Notes under the pieces: generated by a model
What the model saw: only the letters and a program-made list of their open reading frames with translations
Database searches by the model: none
What the model was told of the DNA's origin: nothing
Assembly (NCBI GenBank): GCA_005223125.1
Contig: NJBH01000019.1
Location: forward strand, 1 to 64,000
Source: Promethearchaeota archaeon Loki_b32
GTDB lineage: Archaea; Asgardarchaeota; Lokiarchaeia; Sigyniarchaeales; SOKP01
Direction of reading: 5' to 3'
Length of the DNA stretch: 64,000 nt
Program-made: the position numbers and the translations under genes
Part shown: positions 31,306 through 40,781 of the stretch, one piece after another
Numbering within the stretch: position 1 is the stretch's first letter
How the letters are laid out: each line of letters opens with the position of its first letter

Positions 31306-31337
31306 GAAATAAGTAAAAAAATAAAAACAAGTGAGAA

Positions 31338-32867
31338 ATGTTGGAAGTATTGCATATGAGTAAGATTAGGAAAAAGAGTATTATGTTTCTAGTGATTGTA
31401 TTATTTTTAACGATAGCCCCAGTATTTATGAGGTCAGGACAGGCCCATCTGAACAGCGATAGAGCCCCAAAATTAACTGATTCAGAGACACACCCAGGTT
31501 ATTATAATTTCTTAGAATCTACGCTTACAGGAGGTGCTCAAAAAACTAAATACTCTAATTACGGGACGCATGATTGGATTGCAGATTCTGCATTGGAAAT
31601 TGTAGCTAAATCACTTGCGTACATAACTGATAATCGGATATTAAATTGGTTACGGGATGTATTGATAGACTATGAACATTTAGATAAGCAAGGTTATATA
31701 AGTTCATATCGTAAGTATTTTACATGTACACCAAAACCAGTGTTTACAGAGTGCGGACTTACAAATGAACAATGGTTAAGAGCTCGTAGAAAAACGTGGT
31801 TTTTACACGGGACCGCTTTTCCAGACTTACCTATATCAGGAAAAAATCAAATTTCTCCTAATATACAAAAGTATCTTCCCGACGAAGTTTTTAAAATGAA
31901 TAAAATTCCATGGGCAGCTCAATCGATGAGACATCATGTGTGGGTAAATGCAACGGGACATCTTGTCGATGGTGAAAATATTGAGGCACAGTTCGCTTTG
32001 ATGGCAGCAAGAGATGCAATAGGTTTTCTTAATAAACCAATTAGGTATAAGGACGAAAACGGTCAACAACACGAACGATATGGTCAGTATGAACCAGCGG
32101 CATTTTGTCTGGGTGCGATGACTCATTTTGTCAGCGATCTATCATCTCCTCCCCATGTACTTAAAGAGTATTGTTGGGGACAAGATGTTACTCCTGGCGT
32201 AAAATCTGAAAGAGATGCGGCCCATTCTAATATCGAACGTTTCATAGATAAACTCATGGATCCTGAGTTCGTTAACAACGGGCCTGATTGGATGACTTTG
32301 TTCCGCGGTCAAATTTTTTCTGACGCAGAGTGTTTGGGACTCACAGAAAAAAATCCAGGACAGGCTGCCCAAGATTTAGCTATGTATGTAAGAAATACTA
32401 ATGGAACGAATTATGGACATCAAAATAGATATGATCCGTATTATTTTTACAAGAATCCTTTTCAACCTCCAGCACCTCGAACCGTATATGAAGATGTGAT
32501 GAAATACGCTTTAAAACAAGCTGTGTGGGAAACTGCTAGAGCTATATTATGGGTATTAAATCGAGTTGATTGGGATCAACACGGGACTAATCCTGATAAT
32601 TATGATGTTGTGGGAAGGTTATGGAACGATCCAAAACCAGAAGAAGAACTTGAAATCCCAATATATGAACCACAATCGCGTGAAGACATACAAAGTGAGC
32701 TTAAGGACATGACGGCTTGGACAACGGTAAACCCGCCTTCATCAGGAGGTGCAGTGGGAGCAACTGCCGTAAGCGCTGCGTTGTGGAGTCTCGCCCCGTT
32801 ATTATCTATAACAATCTTGGTGATATCACCGAAGATATGGGAAGAATTTCTCTCAAAATCTCAATAA
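31338..32867 (+). CDS. Zn-dependent phospholipase C / P1-nuclease superfamily protein, secreted and C-terminally anchored
   Basis: GTHDWIA, GTAFPD, LGAMTHFVSDLSSPPH, AHSNIE metal-ligand motifs; signal peptide (probable start 31356); C-terminal TM. Confidence 0.8.
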   Translation: MLEVLHMSKIRKKSIMFLVIVLFLTIAPVFMRSGQAHLNSDRAPKLTDSETHPGYYNFLESTLTGGAQKTKYSNYGTHDWIADSALEIVAKSLAYITDNRILNWLRDVLIDYEHLDKQGYISSYRKYFTCTPKPVFTECGLTNEQWLRARRKTWFLHGTAFPDLPISGKNQISPNIQKYLPDEVFKMNKIPWAAQSMRHHVWVNATGHLVDGENIEAQFALMAARDAIGFLNKPIRYKDENGQQHERYGQYEPAAFCLGAMTHFVSDLSSPPHVLKEYCWGQDVTPGVKSERDAAHSNIERFIDKLMDPEFVNNGPDWMTLFRGQIFSDAECLGLTEKNPGQAAQDLAMYVRNTNGTNYGHQNRYDPYYFYKNPFQPPAPRTVYEDVMKYALKQAVWETARAILWVLNRVDWDQHGTNPDNYDVVGRLWNDPKPEEELEIPIYEPQSREDIQSELKDMTAWTTVNPPSSGGAVGATAVSAALWSLAPLLSITILVISPKIWEEFLSKSQ

Positions 32868-32934
32868 TTATTTTTTTTTAATTTTACTTCATTTTTAATA
32901 TTAGAAGAAAGCTTTTAAGTGGATATAGATCATT

Positions 32935-35577
32935 ATGGGATTTCATCGTAGGTTATTTGGTTTTCCCAATAAACGAATTCTAAAAGAATTACCACCTACT
33001 GCAAGAAAATGGGTAAAAGCTAGAACTGTTTTAAAGCCGTCGTTATTTATTGTCGCTATTCTATTTTCTTCTGTTGTGTATTATCTAAACGAGGCCTCTA
33101 TTTCTAATGTGTATCAAGGGATTCATTTTCCACTAGAAAATCGACATTTTTATTTTAACGCTGACGAACCTTCCAATTCATCGGTGAATATTCCGTATTC
33201 ATTCCAAAATAACGGATTTTTCGAGTTATCACACATTGAAATGAATGTTTTTTTTCGTATTGAATACATAGTTGATGGAGAAGATACAACTAAAAACGCG
33301 ATAATATTTTCTAAGGGTTTTGATTTAGGAAATCTTCCAACTGGATCTACTTTAAACGGGTCTCTGTATGGAGATTATCATAACTTCCGTTGGAATAATG
33401 TTTATCAAATGCTAGATGAATATGATCCATTTAGACCGATTAATATATTTTTTGATATTTTTATTAGATTTTCTGTTATTGCCGTTGAATCTGATCAAAT
33501 AATGATAAGTAATCTATTATTGGGTAATGTTACTCAATTGGTAAGTAGTGCTAGGGGAGTATCTATGTACTCTTATACACCGCAGATTTTTCAAACGTCA
33601 AGAGTCGAGTCAAAATATATTAGTAGTACACGATATTTCATATCGATTTTAATCATACTGTTTATCATATCTTCGTTGTCGATATTTATTAAGAAAAATA
33701 AAAAGAATGCGAAAGTACGGATTACATTAAAAAAACACAAGAAATCATTGAAACAACGTGATACTACGGAACTTTATAAATTATTAATTAGAATAGCTGT
33801 ATATTTGAGTGTCATATTAATGATCATATTTCTGTTACTATCAAATCTGGAATTATTTAACAAGCAACATCAAGATCTTGGTAAAGAATTCATAAATCGG
33901 CACGAAATGATCACATATATCTCAATAACTACTATTTCTATAATATCTATTACTCGGCTCATTTCTCTGGTTAAAAAGGATGTATTTCGTAAGAATCTAT
34001 TAATTAAATCAATTATCCCTCTAATTACATCTTCCGTACTATTAATTTCTATTATTTTTTGGGCGTTAAATTCTGTCATTATTTACGAAATAGATGAAAA
34101 TACTATCATATTAAGAAATACATTTGCAATGTATATCCCTCTTATAGTAATATACATCGCAGATGTAGTAGTTAATTTTTTTGATACAATACATTTTCAC
34201 ATTTATAAATTACACTATATGAGGATTAGAAACAAAGAAGAAAGAAAAAGAAAATTTATCATTCCCAAGAGCAAGCACGATTTTAATGTTTTTATATTCA
34301 AAGCAATTAGGTCAATAATAGAATCTAACAATAAACCTTCATCTATTTCTCAAATTAAGTCGTATTTTGAAAAGAATAATATATCAAAGATATCGAAGTC
34401 TAAAGATAAAGTAAATTCAACATACATGAACACTTTGGTCGACTATCAATACTTGCAGCGAAGTAAACAGATATCAAATAATGTTTCATATTATGTGTAT
34501 TATTTGACCCCGAAAGCAGAAAAATATCTTGATGACAAGGATGAAACTTATCAAGAACCTATAAAAGTGACATCTGAAAAAACAATTATAGATGATGAGC
34601 AATTAGTAGCATGCCCCTCATGCGAGTATTATTGTCGACAAGAATGGGAGACGTGTCCAATTTGCGGTGCGCTTATTTTATCATCAAACAAAGTTACAGT
34701 GAAAAAAGTAAAAAAGGATAAAAAAGAAGCAACAGTAAATGTTTACTGTATATCATGCGGAACTGTAAATAAAGAGAAGAATACCGATTTTCTATGCAGT
34801 AAGTGCAGTAGTCATATTAAATTAAAATACAAATTTACTCATTGTCCATCTTGCGGAGAAAAAACCCTAAAAAACACGAGATTTTGCATAAGTTGTTATA
34901 GATCTTTCAATATTTCATCTTTCAATCCATTTAAAAATTATAGTGAGGGAGATCTCTACATAGAGAGCATAAAGAATACGAGAAATATCAGATTGTTAAT
35001 AATCGGTCTTATACAAGTGTGTTTGTTATTGTTATTGATCAGAGAAGTCATGACAATATTTCATAAAGTTGTTGTCATTGAGATTTATGATTTTATATAT
35101 ATAGTATGGATTTTTATATTTTTTTTGATAATGAATAGACTAAAGTACCACTACTTAAGAAAAAGGAGATTAATAAAAGATGATAACTATAAAACATTAC
35201 TTACTTTGATTCATGTCAAAAATGAAGATAATCAGATAAGTGTTCATACCTTCAAGTTATTCCAAAATTTTTTTAAGACAGAAGAAAAAAAAATAGAAAA
35301 TATATTGAATCAAATAAAAATAATTGATAAATTGAGATCAATTATATTTTTAATAATCATTGCATTTGGAGGACTCAGTATTTTTGCCATGATAACTAGA
35401 AATATAATATTAACATTCTCTTTGTGGTTATCAATTACCTTGTTATTAGATTTCATATATAGTGGGAAAAAAACAAAATGTATAAATGAATTATTTAGAT
35501 TGGGTAGTCATTATAATACAGATGATTATAAAGAATATGTGAAATATGTATTGAAACATTTGGAGTATACGTCATGA
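32935..35577 (+). CDS. Multi-TM membrane protein with wHTH-like region and multiple zinc ribbons
   Basis: About 10 hydrophobic segments; YYLTPKAEKYL; CPSC/CPIC, CISC/CSKC, CPSC/CISC. Confidence 0.75.
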   Translation: MGFHRRLFGFPNKRILKELPPTARKWVKARTVLKPSLFIVAILFSSVVYYLNEASISNVYQGIHFPLENRHFYFNADEPSNSSVNIPYSFQNNGFFELSHIEMNVFFRIEYIVDGEDTTKNAIIFSKGFDLGNLPTGSTLNGSLYGDYHNFRWNNVYQMLDEYDPFRPINIFFDIFIRFSVIAVESDQIMISNLLLGNVTQLVSSARGVSMYSYTPQIFQTSRVESKYISSTRYFISILIILFIISSLSIFIKKNKKNAKVRITLKKHKKSLKQRDTTELYKLLIRIAVYLSVILMIIFLLLSNLELFNKQHQDLGKEFINRHEMITYISITTISIISITRLISLVKKDVFRKNLLIKSIIPLITSSVLLISIIFWALNSVIIYEIDENTIILRNTFAMYIPLIVIYIADVVVNFFDTIHFHIYKLHYMRIRNKEERKRKFIIPKSKHDFNVFIFKAIRSIIESNNKPSSISQIKSYFEKNNISKISKSKDKVNSTYMNTLVDYQYLQRSKQISNNVSYYVYYLTPKAEKYLDDKDETYQEPIKVTSEKTIIDDEQLVACPSCEYYCRQEWETCPICGALILSSNKVTVKKVKKDKKEATVNVYCISCGTVNKEKNTDFLCSKCSSHIKLKYKFTHCPSCGEKTLKNTRFCISCYRSFNISSFNPFKNYSEGDLYIESIKNTRNIRLLIIGLIQVCLLLLLIREVMTIFHKVVVIEIYDFIYIVWIFIFFLIMNRLKYHYLRKRRLIKDDNYKTLLTLIHVKNEDNQISVHTFKLFQNFFKTEEKKIENILNQIKIIDKLRSIIFLIIIAFGGLSIFAMITRNIILTFSLWLSITLLLDFIYSGKKTKCINELFRLGSHYNTDDYKEYVKYVLKHLEYTS

Positions 35578-36362
35578 AAAAAATGAAACATGGGGCATTT
35601 CTTGTGTTTTTTATCATAATATCATTAAATTGTAACCTTATAATATGTGTGGGAGATATAGAAAATAACAACGATTTTACACTGTATCTAAAAAAAGGGG
35701 ATGTATTAATTTATGAATATAATATCGTAAATGTTTCATTGCTTCATAATATTGAAGAAGAAAATGAAACTTTTAAAAATATGTCATTAAGTAAAATCGA
35801 AAAACATAGTAAATTAAAATTGGTAGTACATGAGATATATGAAGATTATGCATATTGGATAATTAGATTCTGTGTTTATAATAATTCTCATTTAGATGAA
35901 CTTATTGGATATATGGATAGATATTGTGTAAAATACTCAGATGTATTTTTTTATGAGATGTACTCGTTGGATATTTTTGATATACTACCAATTAATGTGA
36001 ATAGTTTTTTACTTGAATTACGTGAGTTATTCGATGATTATAACATGACTTCGATCCAAATAGATGATCACAGCATTATATTTAATTATGCAGAACTTGG
36101 GTATAATCATTTCTCTGTATTCAATTATAATCAGCGTGGCATTCTTGATAAATATTCGATATTATATCAAGATCATGTTGCTTTCGAGAAAATATTAATT
36201 AAATTTTTACGTGCAGATAACGACTTTTTTTTCTTAACAGTCGCTGTTATTCTTGGCATCTGTATAGTTTTAGGAATATCAATTTTTGTATATATAAAAA
36301 AGAAAAAAAAGAAAAAAATGAAAAGAAGTAGGAAAAAAAAGATCTTAAAATATGTTAAGTGA
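35574..36362 (+). CDS. Secreted protein with C-terminal TM anchor
   Basis: Signal peptide, LKKGDVLIYEY, C-terminal TM and poly-Lys tail. Confidence 0.7.
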   Translation: MKKMKHGAFLVFFIIISLNCNLIICVGDIENNNDFTLYLKKGDVLIYEYNIVNVSLLHNIEEENETFKNMSLSKIEKHSKLKLVVHEIYEDYAYWIIRFCVYNNSHLDELIGYMDRYCVKYSDVFFYEMYSLDIFDILPINVNSFLLELRELFDDYNMTSIQIDDHSIIFNYAELGYNHFSVFNYNQRGILDKYSILYQDHVAFEKILIKFLRADNDFFFLTVAVILGICIVLGISIFVYIKKKKKKKMKRSRKKKILKYVK

Positions 36363-37362
36363 TGAAATGGACAAATCCCTTAAATTAATGGTAATTTTAA
36401 TAATAAGCATAGCATCTTTTTCACTAACATTGCTATATGAGTTACCATACAAATTTCAAAAAGAAGGATACATCAGTGTCGGATCAGAAGCAATACAAAA
36501 GATCTCTTTTCCTAATAATTCTTCATTACTTTATATAAACGGTAATACACAATTAGAAGAGTATTCGATCTCTGGAAATGGGACAATTGAGAATCCTTTT
36601 TTAATATCGGACGATCTTTTTGAATCAGTAAACACTACTTATGGTGTATACATCGAAAACACAAATAAATCCCTATTACTATTAAACTGTTCTATATCAG
36701 CCGTTGATTACGGAATAGTACTAAGTAATGTTTCTCATATCATAATTGAAGAGTGCAGCATATATGACCATAATGAATACGGTATCGTCATTTCAGATTC
36801 AAAAAATGCTATAATTACAGATAGTGATATTCATAATAATGATAACGGAATAAAAATTCAAGGATGCACCGACATAATATTGGAAAAAAACTTCATTTCA
36901 CTGAATTACCTACATGGGTATTTTCTGATCAACTCTTCTTTCTGTGATATTATAAATAATCGTTTATTTTCTAATCAATATGGGATAAGAACAGAGTACT
37001 CAAATTATAATAATATAATTGGTAATAATTTAGAATATCACGAAAATGCAATATATTTATCTCATTCAAATTCTAATATTATAATGAACAATAACGGAGC
37101 AGACAATATAAATGAAATCATAGAATACAATTGTCAAAATAATCTATTTGAAAATAATTTCCCTCAACAAGAAATTGATAATACCACAGCTAAGATAGAC
37201 GTTACAATTTTAATTATATATGCTATTTCTTTTTTTTTAATAGCCTATATTATAATGAATGTATACCGTTACAAAAAGTTGTCAAAGTCTTCATACTTAA
37301 AAATAAAATGTGTATATGATATATATAACATTAATAATAAAAATCGAAGAGAAATAAAATGA
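36352..37362 (+). CDS. Right-handed beta-helix (NosD/CASH-like) surface protein
   Basis: LYINGN...GNGTIENPFLI, repeated (Y)GI.....N..I..N motifs, TMs at both ends. Confidence 0.85.
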   Translation: MLSDEMDKSLKLMVILIISIASFSLTLLYELPYKFQKEGYISVGSEAIQKISFPNNSSLLYINGNTQLEEYSISGNGTIENPFLISDDLFESVNTTYGVYIENTNKSLLLLNCSISAVDYGIVLSNVSHIIIEECSIYDHNEYGIVISDSKNAIITDSDIHNNDNGIKIQGCTDIILEKNFISLNYLHGYFLINSSFCDIINNRLFSNQYGIRTEYSNYNNIIGNNLEYHENAIYLSHSNSNIIMNNNGADNINEIIEYNCQNNLFENNFPQQEIDNTTAKIDVTILIIYAISFFLIAYIIMNVYRYKKLSKSSYLKIKCVYDIYNINNKNRREIK

Positions 37363-38156
37363 ATATACTAGACGGTTTTAGTATAGGACCGCGAACGCTG
37401 AACAAATTAGATAGCTTGGGTATTACAACAATTAAAGAACTTGCGCTAACACATGCGTATCAGTTAGTGGGTGCAGGCATCGGAAAGACGACCGTTAAAA
37501 AATTATTAAAAAACATTAGGAAAACTTATATGGATATACAAGGGTTCAATAACCATGATGCTGAAAGATTTGTATTAAACGGTGCTGATTTACAAGATGC
37601 GATAATTTTGAGTAAGATCCAAAAACAATTATCTAAGTATAATGGAGGTTATTATTCTGTGAGGGCTTTATCGAATTTTGATACTCGTCTTGATTTTTAT
37701 ATAGGTGTGTATAATAGTCAAGAAGAGATAGGTATAGGAGAATACGTAGATAAAAAAGATAAAATATATAATAATAGATTGGATTTTTGGTATTCCTTCG
37801 CAGGTATATTTTATAAGCTGGATAAAGGTAAAGTTATTCTACTTTGGTATCACCCCCATTATGGTTCTTTTCCTGTGTTAAAAAAAATACCAGAAGATTT
37901 ATTAGAATTATCTCATCTAAAATATAGTTGTATATTATGTACCAATAGAGCTATCGAATGTATGCCTGAAACTATCAGGAGTAATAACAAATTTGAGGTA
38001 AAAATAGAGTCAGTAGAAACAGGCGTTACTGATTTTGATCAATTGATTAACGAGGTGGGCGCTGAGGTTAAAATCATAAGAAGGGAGATGCTTAATGGAT
38101 ATGATAACGAATTGGATTTTTTAATCAAAGAAGCTTTTATAAGAAAGGATTTATAA
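37359..38156 (+). CDS. Helix-hairpin-helix (RadA-N-like) domain protein
   Basis: IGPRTLNKLDSLGITTIKELA...GIGKTTVKKLL. Confidence 0.65.
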   Translation: MNILDGFSIGPRTLNKLDSLGITTIKELALTHAYQLVGAGIGKTTVKKLLKNIRKTYMDIQGFNNHDAERFVLNGADLQDAIILSKIQKQLSKYNGGYYSVRALSNFDTRLDFYIGVYNSQEEIGIGEYVDKKDKIYNNRLDFWYSFAGIFYKLDKGKVILLWYHPHYGSFPVLKKIPEDLLELSHLKYSCILCTNRAIECMPETIRSNNKFEVKIESVETGVTDFDQLINEVGAEVKIIRREMLNGYDNELDFLIKEAFIRKDL

Positions 38157-38225
38157 TTATGTTATCATGGTAGTTCAAATAGAAAAATAATATTAGAAAT
38201 TAAAGTAAAGATCATATATTTAAAA

Positions 38226-38789
38226 ATGCCGTACTGTAAGAACTGTGGAAAAGAAATATCTGAAATTCAGTTAGAAAATTTTGGTTCATGCCCCGCATGT
38301 ATTCCAACACCATCACCAAGAACTTTACTTGAAAAATATTTTTATGAGAAGACTGGAAAAAAATTCATATTTCCAGATATTCTTATAAAAGAGATTAGTG
38401 AAAACAATTTTGAAAAGCAGTTTTTTAAAGGACGTTCAGGTGAATTGATTGAATTTTATAGAGAACTGTTAACTAGTAACCCTAAGAAAAAAGAAATTTG
38501 GGAGAAACTTTGTTTTGCATTATATATGAAAGGTTACTTTTGGGAAGTGAAAAAAGTAGCAATTGAGGCTTTAGAATTATTTGAAAATGACGTAATTCTT
38601 CTGGGATATCTTGCAGAAGCTTATAAGCTAACAGGTGAAAAAGAGAATGCCTTTGTTATTAAGGTAAATAACAAAATTCCTAAATTTGAGTTTGGTTCGA
38701 ATGTTACAGAAAAAGATTTAAAAAAAGATTTAAAAAAAGTTAAAAAATGGAAAAAAAATACTAGTAATTGTAATTCATCTTTTTTATGA
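38226..38789 (+). CDS. Zinc-ribbon + TPR protein
   Basis: MPYCKNCG...CPAC; TPR-like helices (WEKLCFALYMKG, LGYLAEAYKLTG). Confidence 0.7.
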   Translation: MPYCKNCGKEISEIQLENFGSCPACIPTPSPRTLLEKYFYEKTGKKFIFPDILIKEISENNFEKQFFKGRSGELIEFYRELLTSNPKKKEIWEKLCFALYMKGYFWEVKKVAIEALELFENDVILLGYLAEAYKLTGEKENAFVIKVNNKIPKFEFGSNVTEKDLKKDLKKVKKWKKNTSNCNSSFL

Positions 38790-38803
38790 TAATTATTTTT
38801 TAA

Positions 38804-38944
38804 TTAAACATAACTATCAACATAACAATGTATGATTAATAAAAGATACTTGCATTGTCGGAAGAGTTTTCTTTTTACATAAATGTTCGTCTTTGCGTCT
38901 TCCAATTTTAGAGTAATATAATCATTGATCTTATATTCTTTCAT
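38804..38944 (-). pseudogene. 5' fragment of a Lokiarchaeia-type (often LRR-associated) protein
   Basis: Manual translation MKEYKINDYITLKLEDAKTNIYVKRKLFRQCKYLLLII, then an unrelated tail HCYVDSYV*; similarity ends at ~38830. Confidence 0.65.
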
Positions 38945-39008
38945 GTGTTTAGAATGATTTTTCATTAATAATGATAAATATTGAATCTCTTAATTTAGTA
39001 TTTTTTTT

Positions 39009-40774
39009 CTTAAATTTTCACCAAATAATACGACATAAATAAATTCATTTAAATTACCCGAAATCTTAAATTCGTAAAAGATTATTGTATTATATAGACA
39101 TGCCTACTTCTGTATCAAAATATTTACCCCGCCATAATGGAACGACAAAAATAATAGATTTTACTGAGCGTCCCGTTTGTAAGCATTGCAAGAAGCCAAT
39201 GAAAATAGTCAAAACATCAATAATAGGTCCTATTGTAGGATTGTTAGAGAATTACGATGTCTCAAGAGTGTAGTATCGTTGTGGAAAAGCTTTATGTCTT
39301 GGTGGAGAAGAGGCACCCCTATCTCCAGAAAACACGATTTATCCCTATAAAAGCGATTATGATTACGAAATTTATGCTAAAGTGGCTGAGTTAAGGTGGA
39401 GAGCCAAGCACACCTATGAGGAAATTATCGAAGAGATGGACAAACAATTTACAATCATGCTTAATTTAGCGACCATCGAGCGAATGTTAAAAGTATACGA
39501 GATTGGATGCTCGGAAAAACATAAGCCGGAAATCGTAGAAAAAATAAAGAAAAATGGCGGCGTGTTCTTGAGAATAGATGGCATGAGACCATCACAAGGG
39601 AATCCAGGGTTGTACACGAGTTATGATTATTTCACTGGGCTTACCATTCATTCTAAGAGGTTAACAAGCGAATCTACGATAAATATTTCGAAATTTTTGG
39701 AAATTGCGAAAAGGCGAATTTCTAAAGAATTGGGTGTTCCTGTCATTGGAATCATGTCAGATGCCCTTCCCGCACAGAGAAAAGCGATAGAGGAGGTCTT
39801 TCCGGACATCCCGCATTGTTTATGTCATTATCATTTTTATAAATTCGTGTTTGGTGCCCCCAAGAAGTTAGACAGCAATTTAATGACTCAAACACGCAAT
39901 TTTCTAAGGCAATTGTATTATTTGAAAAAATCAACAATATTTGCTAATCAAGGAAAGTCTTGGGAGCCAAACTATTCATTTACAAAAGAACTTATTGATG
40001 TCCTAAGGAGTTTGTCAAAATGGAAACCGCGACCGAAAGATCCATATTTCGTCGGTCTCGAATTGTTTTCGCGATTGACAGATGTGCATTCCGTTTTAGC
40101 TTCATTCATTGAGGAACTAGAGGGTCTTAAAGCACAATTCGAAGATGACCCAGTAATTAGAGATTTATTTTTAAAAATAACGGAGTATATTGAGTCTAAA
40201 AATGATATTTTGGTAGAACTCAACATTATAAAGGGATATCTCGCTGAGATCAAAACAATTTTAGACGATAATAGTGCTACCGCAGAACAATCTCTTGATA
40301 ACTTAGAACAATATTCTAAAAACCTTGGTAAGCGGCTTACATGCGAAAATTGTTTTGAAGTAGAAAAAGAATTCATTGGAGCCTTGCAGAAATATTTGAA
40401 AAACAAGGGAGAATTGTTATTTAACTACAAGCGAATCGATGGTGCTCCACGCACAAATAATTCACATGAATTAGCTTTCAAACAATTAAAGCACTTTTTA
40501 CGACGTATTATAGATTTCCAAACCGCAAATCATTATCTTTTATCGCATGGAGAACGTATTGTATTTGTAATCCCCAATGAGAGTTTTGAGGGCATTTTGG
40601 AAATTCTGCATGAAATGGACCATCAAAAGGCTTTAGAGTTAATTCGTTCAGAACGTACTTCTAGGGATAGTATTCGCTATATCATTCATGATCCAGCAAT
40701 GTGGGCTTCAAAAATAGAAGAATTAAAAAAAAAGTTCAAGAATTTATTAGAGTCACTTTTGATGAAAACTTAAG
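39009..40774 (+). mobile_element. IS256/Mutator-like insertion sequence (1766 bp)
   Basis: Left end CTTAAATTTTCACC vs reverse complement of right end CTTAAGTTTTCATC (12/14), with further gapped similarity to ~40 bp; T8 on both sides (39001-39008, 40775-40782) as probable TSD. Confidence 0.8.
39100..40773 (+). pseudogene. DDE transposase with a single in-frame TAG (39271-39273)
   Basis: ORFs 39085-39273 and 39382-40773 share a frame and are joined by open sequence *YRCGKALC...; motifs RIDG, MSDAL, CHYH, RTNNSHE. Confidence 0.8.
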
Positions 40775-40781
40775 TTTTTTT

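Larger units (their letters stand above)
3920..38830. mobile_element. Putative ~35 kb integrated element (AEP replication module, ParB, giant surface protein)
   Basis: Bounded by two convergent truncated genes; plasmid/virus-type genes and surface cargo; degenerate direct repeat TCAAC.T.ACAAT at 3925-3937 and 38817-38829. Confidence 0.6.

Noticed and set aside
3915-38835. Tn7/TnsB-type ends (TGT...ACA with 5-bp TSD), making this a typical aloposon
   Set aside because: ACA occurs near the right border, but there is no matching TGT or TSD at the left and no TnsB/TnsC-like gene
39009-40774. The IS as the mobiliser of the 35-kb element
   Set aside because: It has its own ends and target duplication, lies outside the inferred right border, and has no partner copy at the left border
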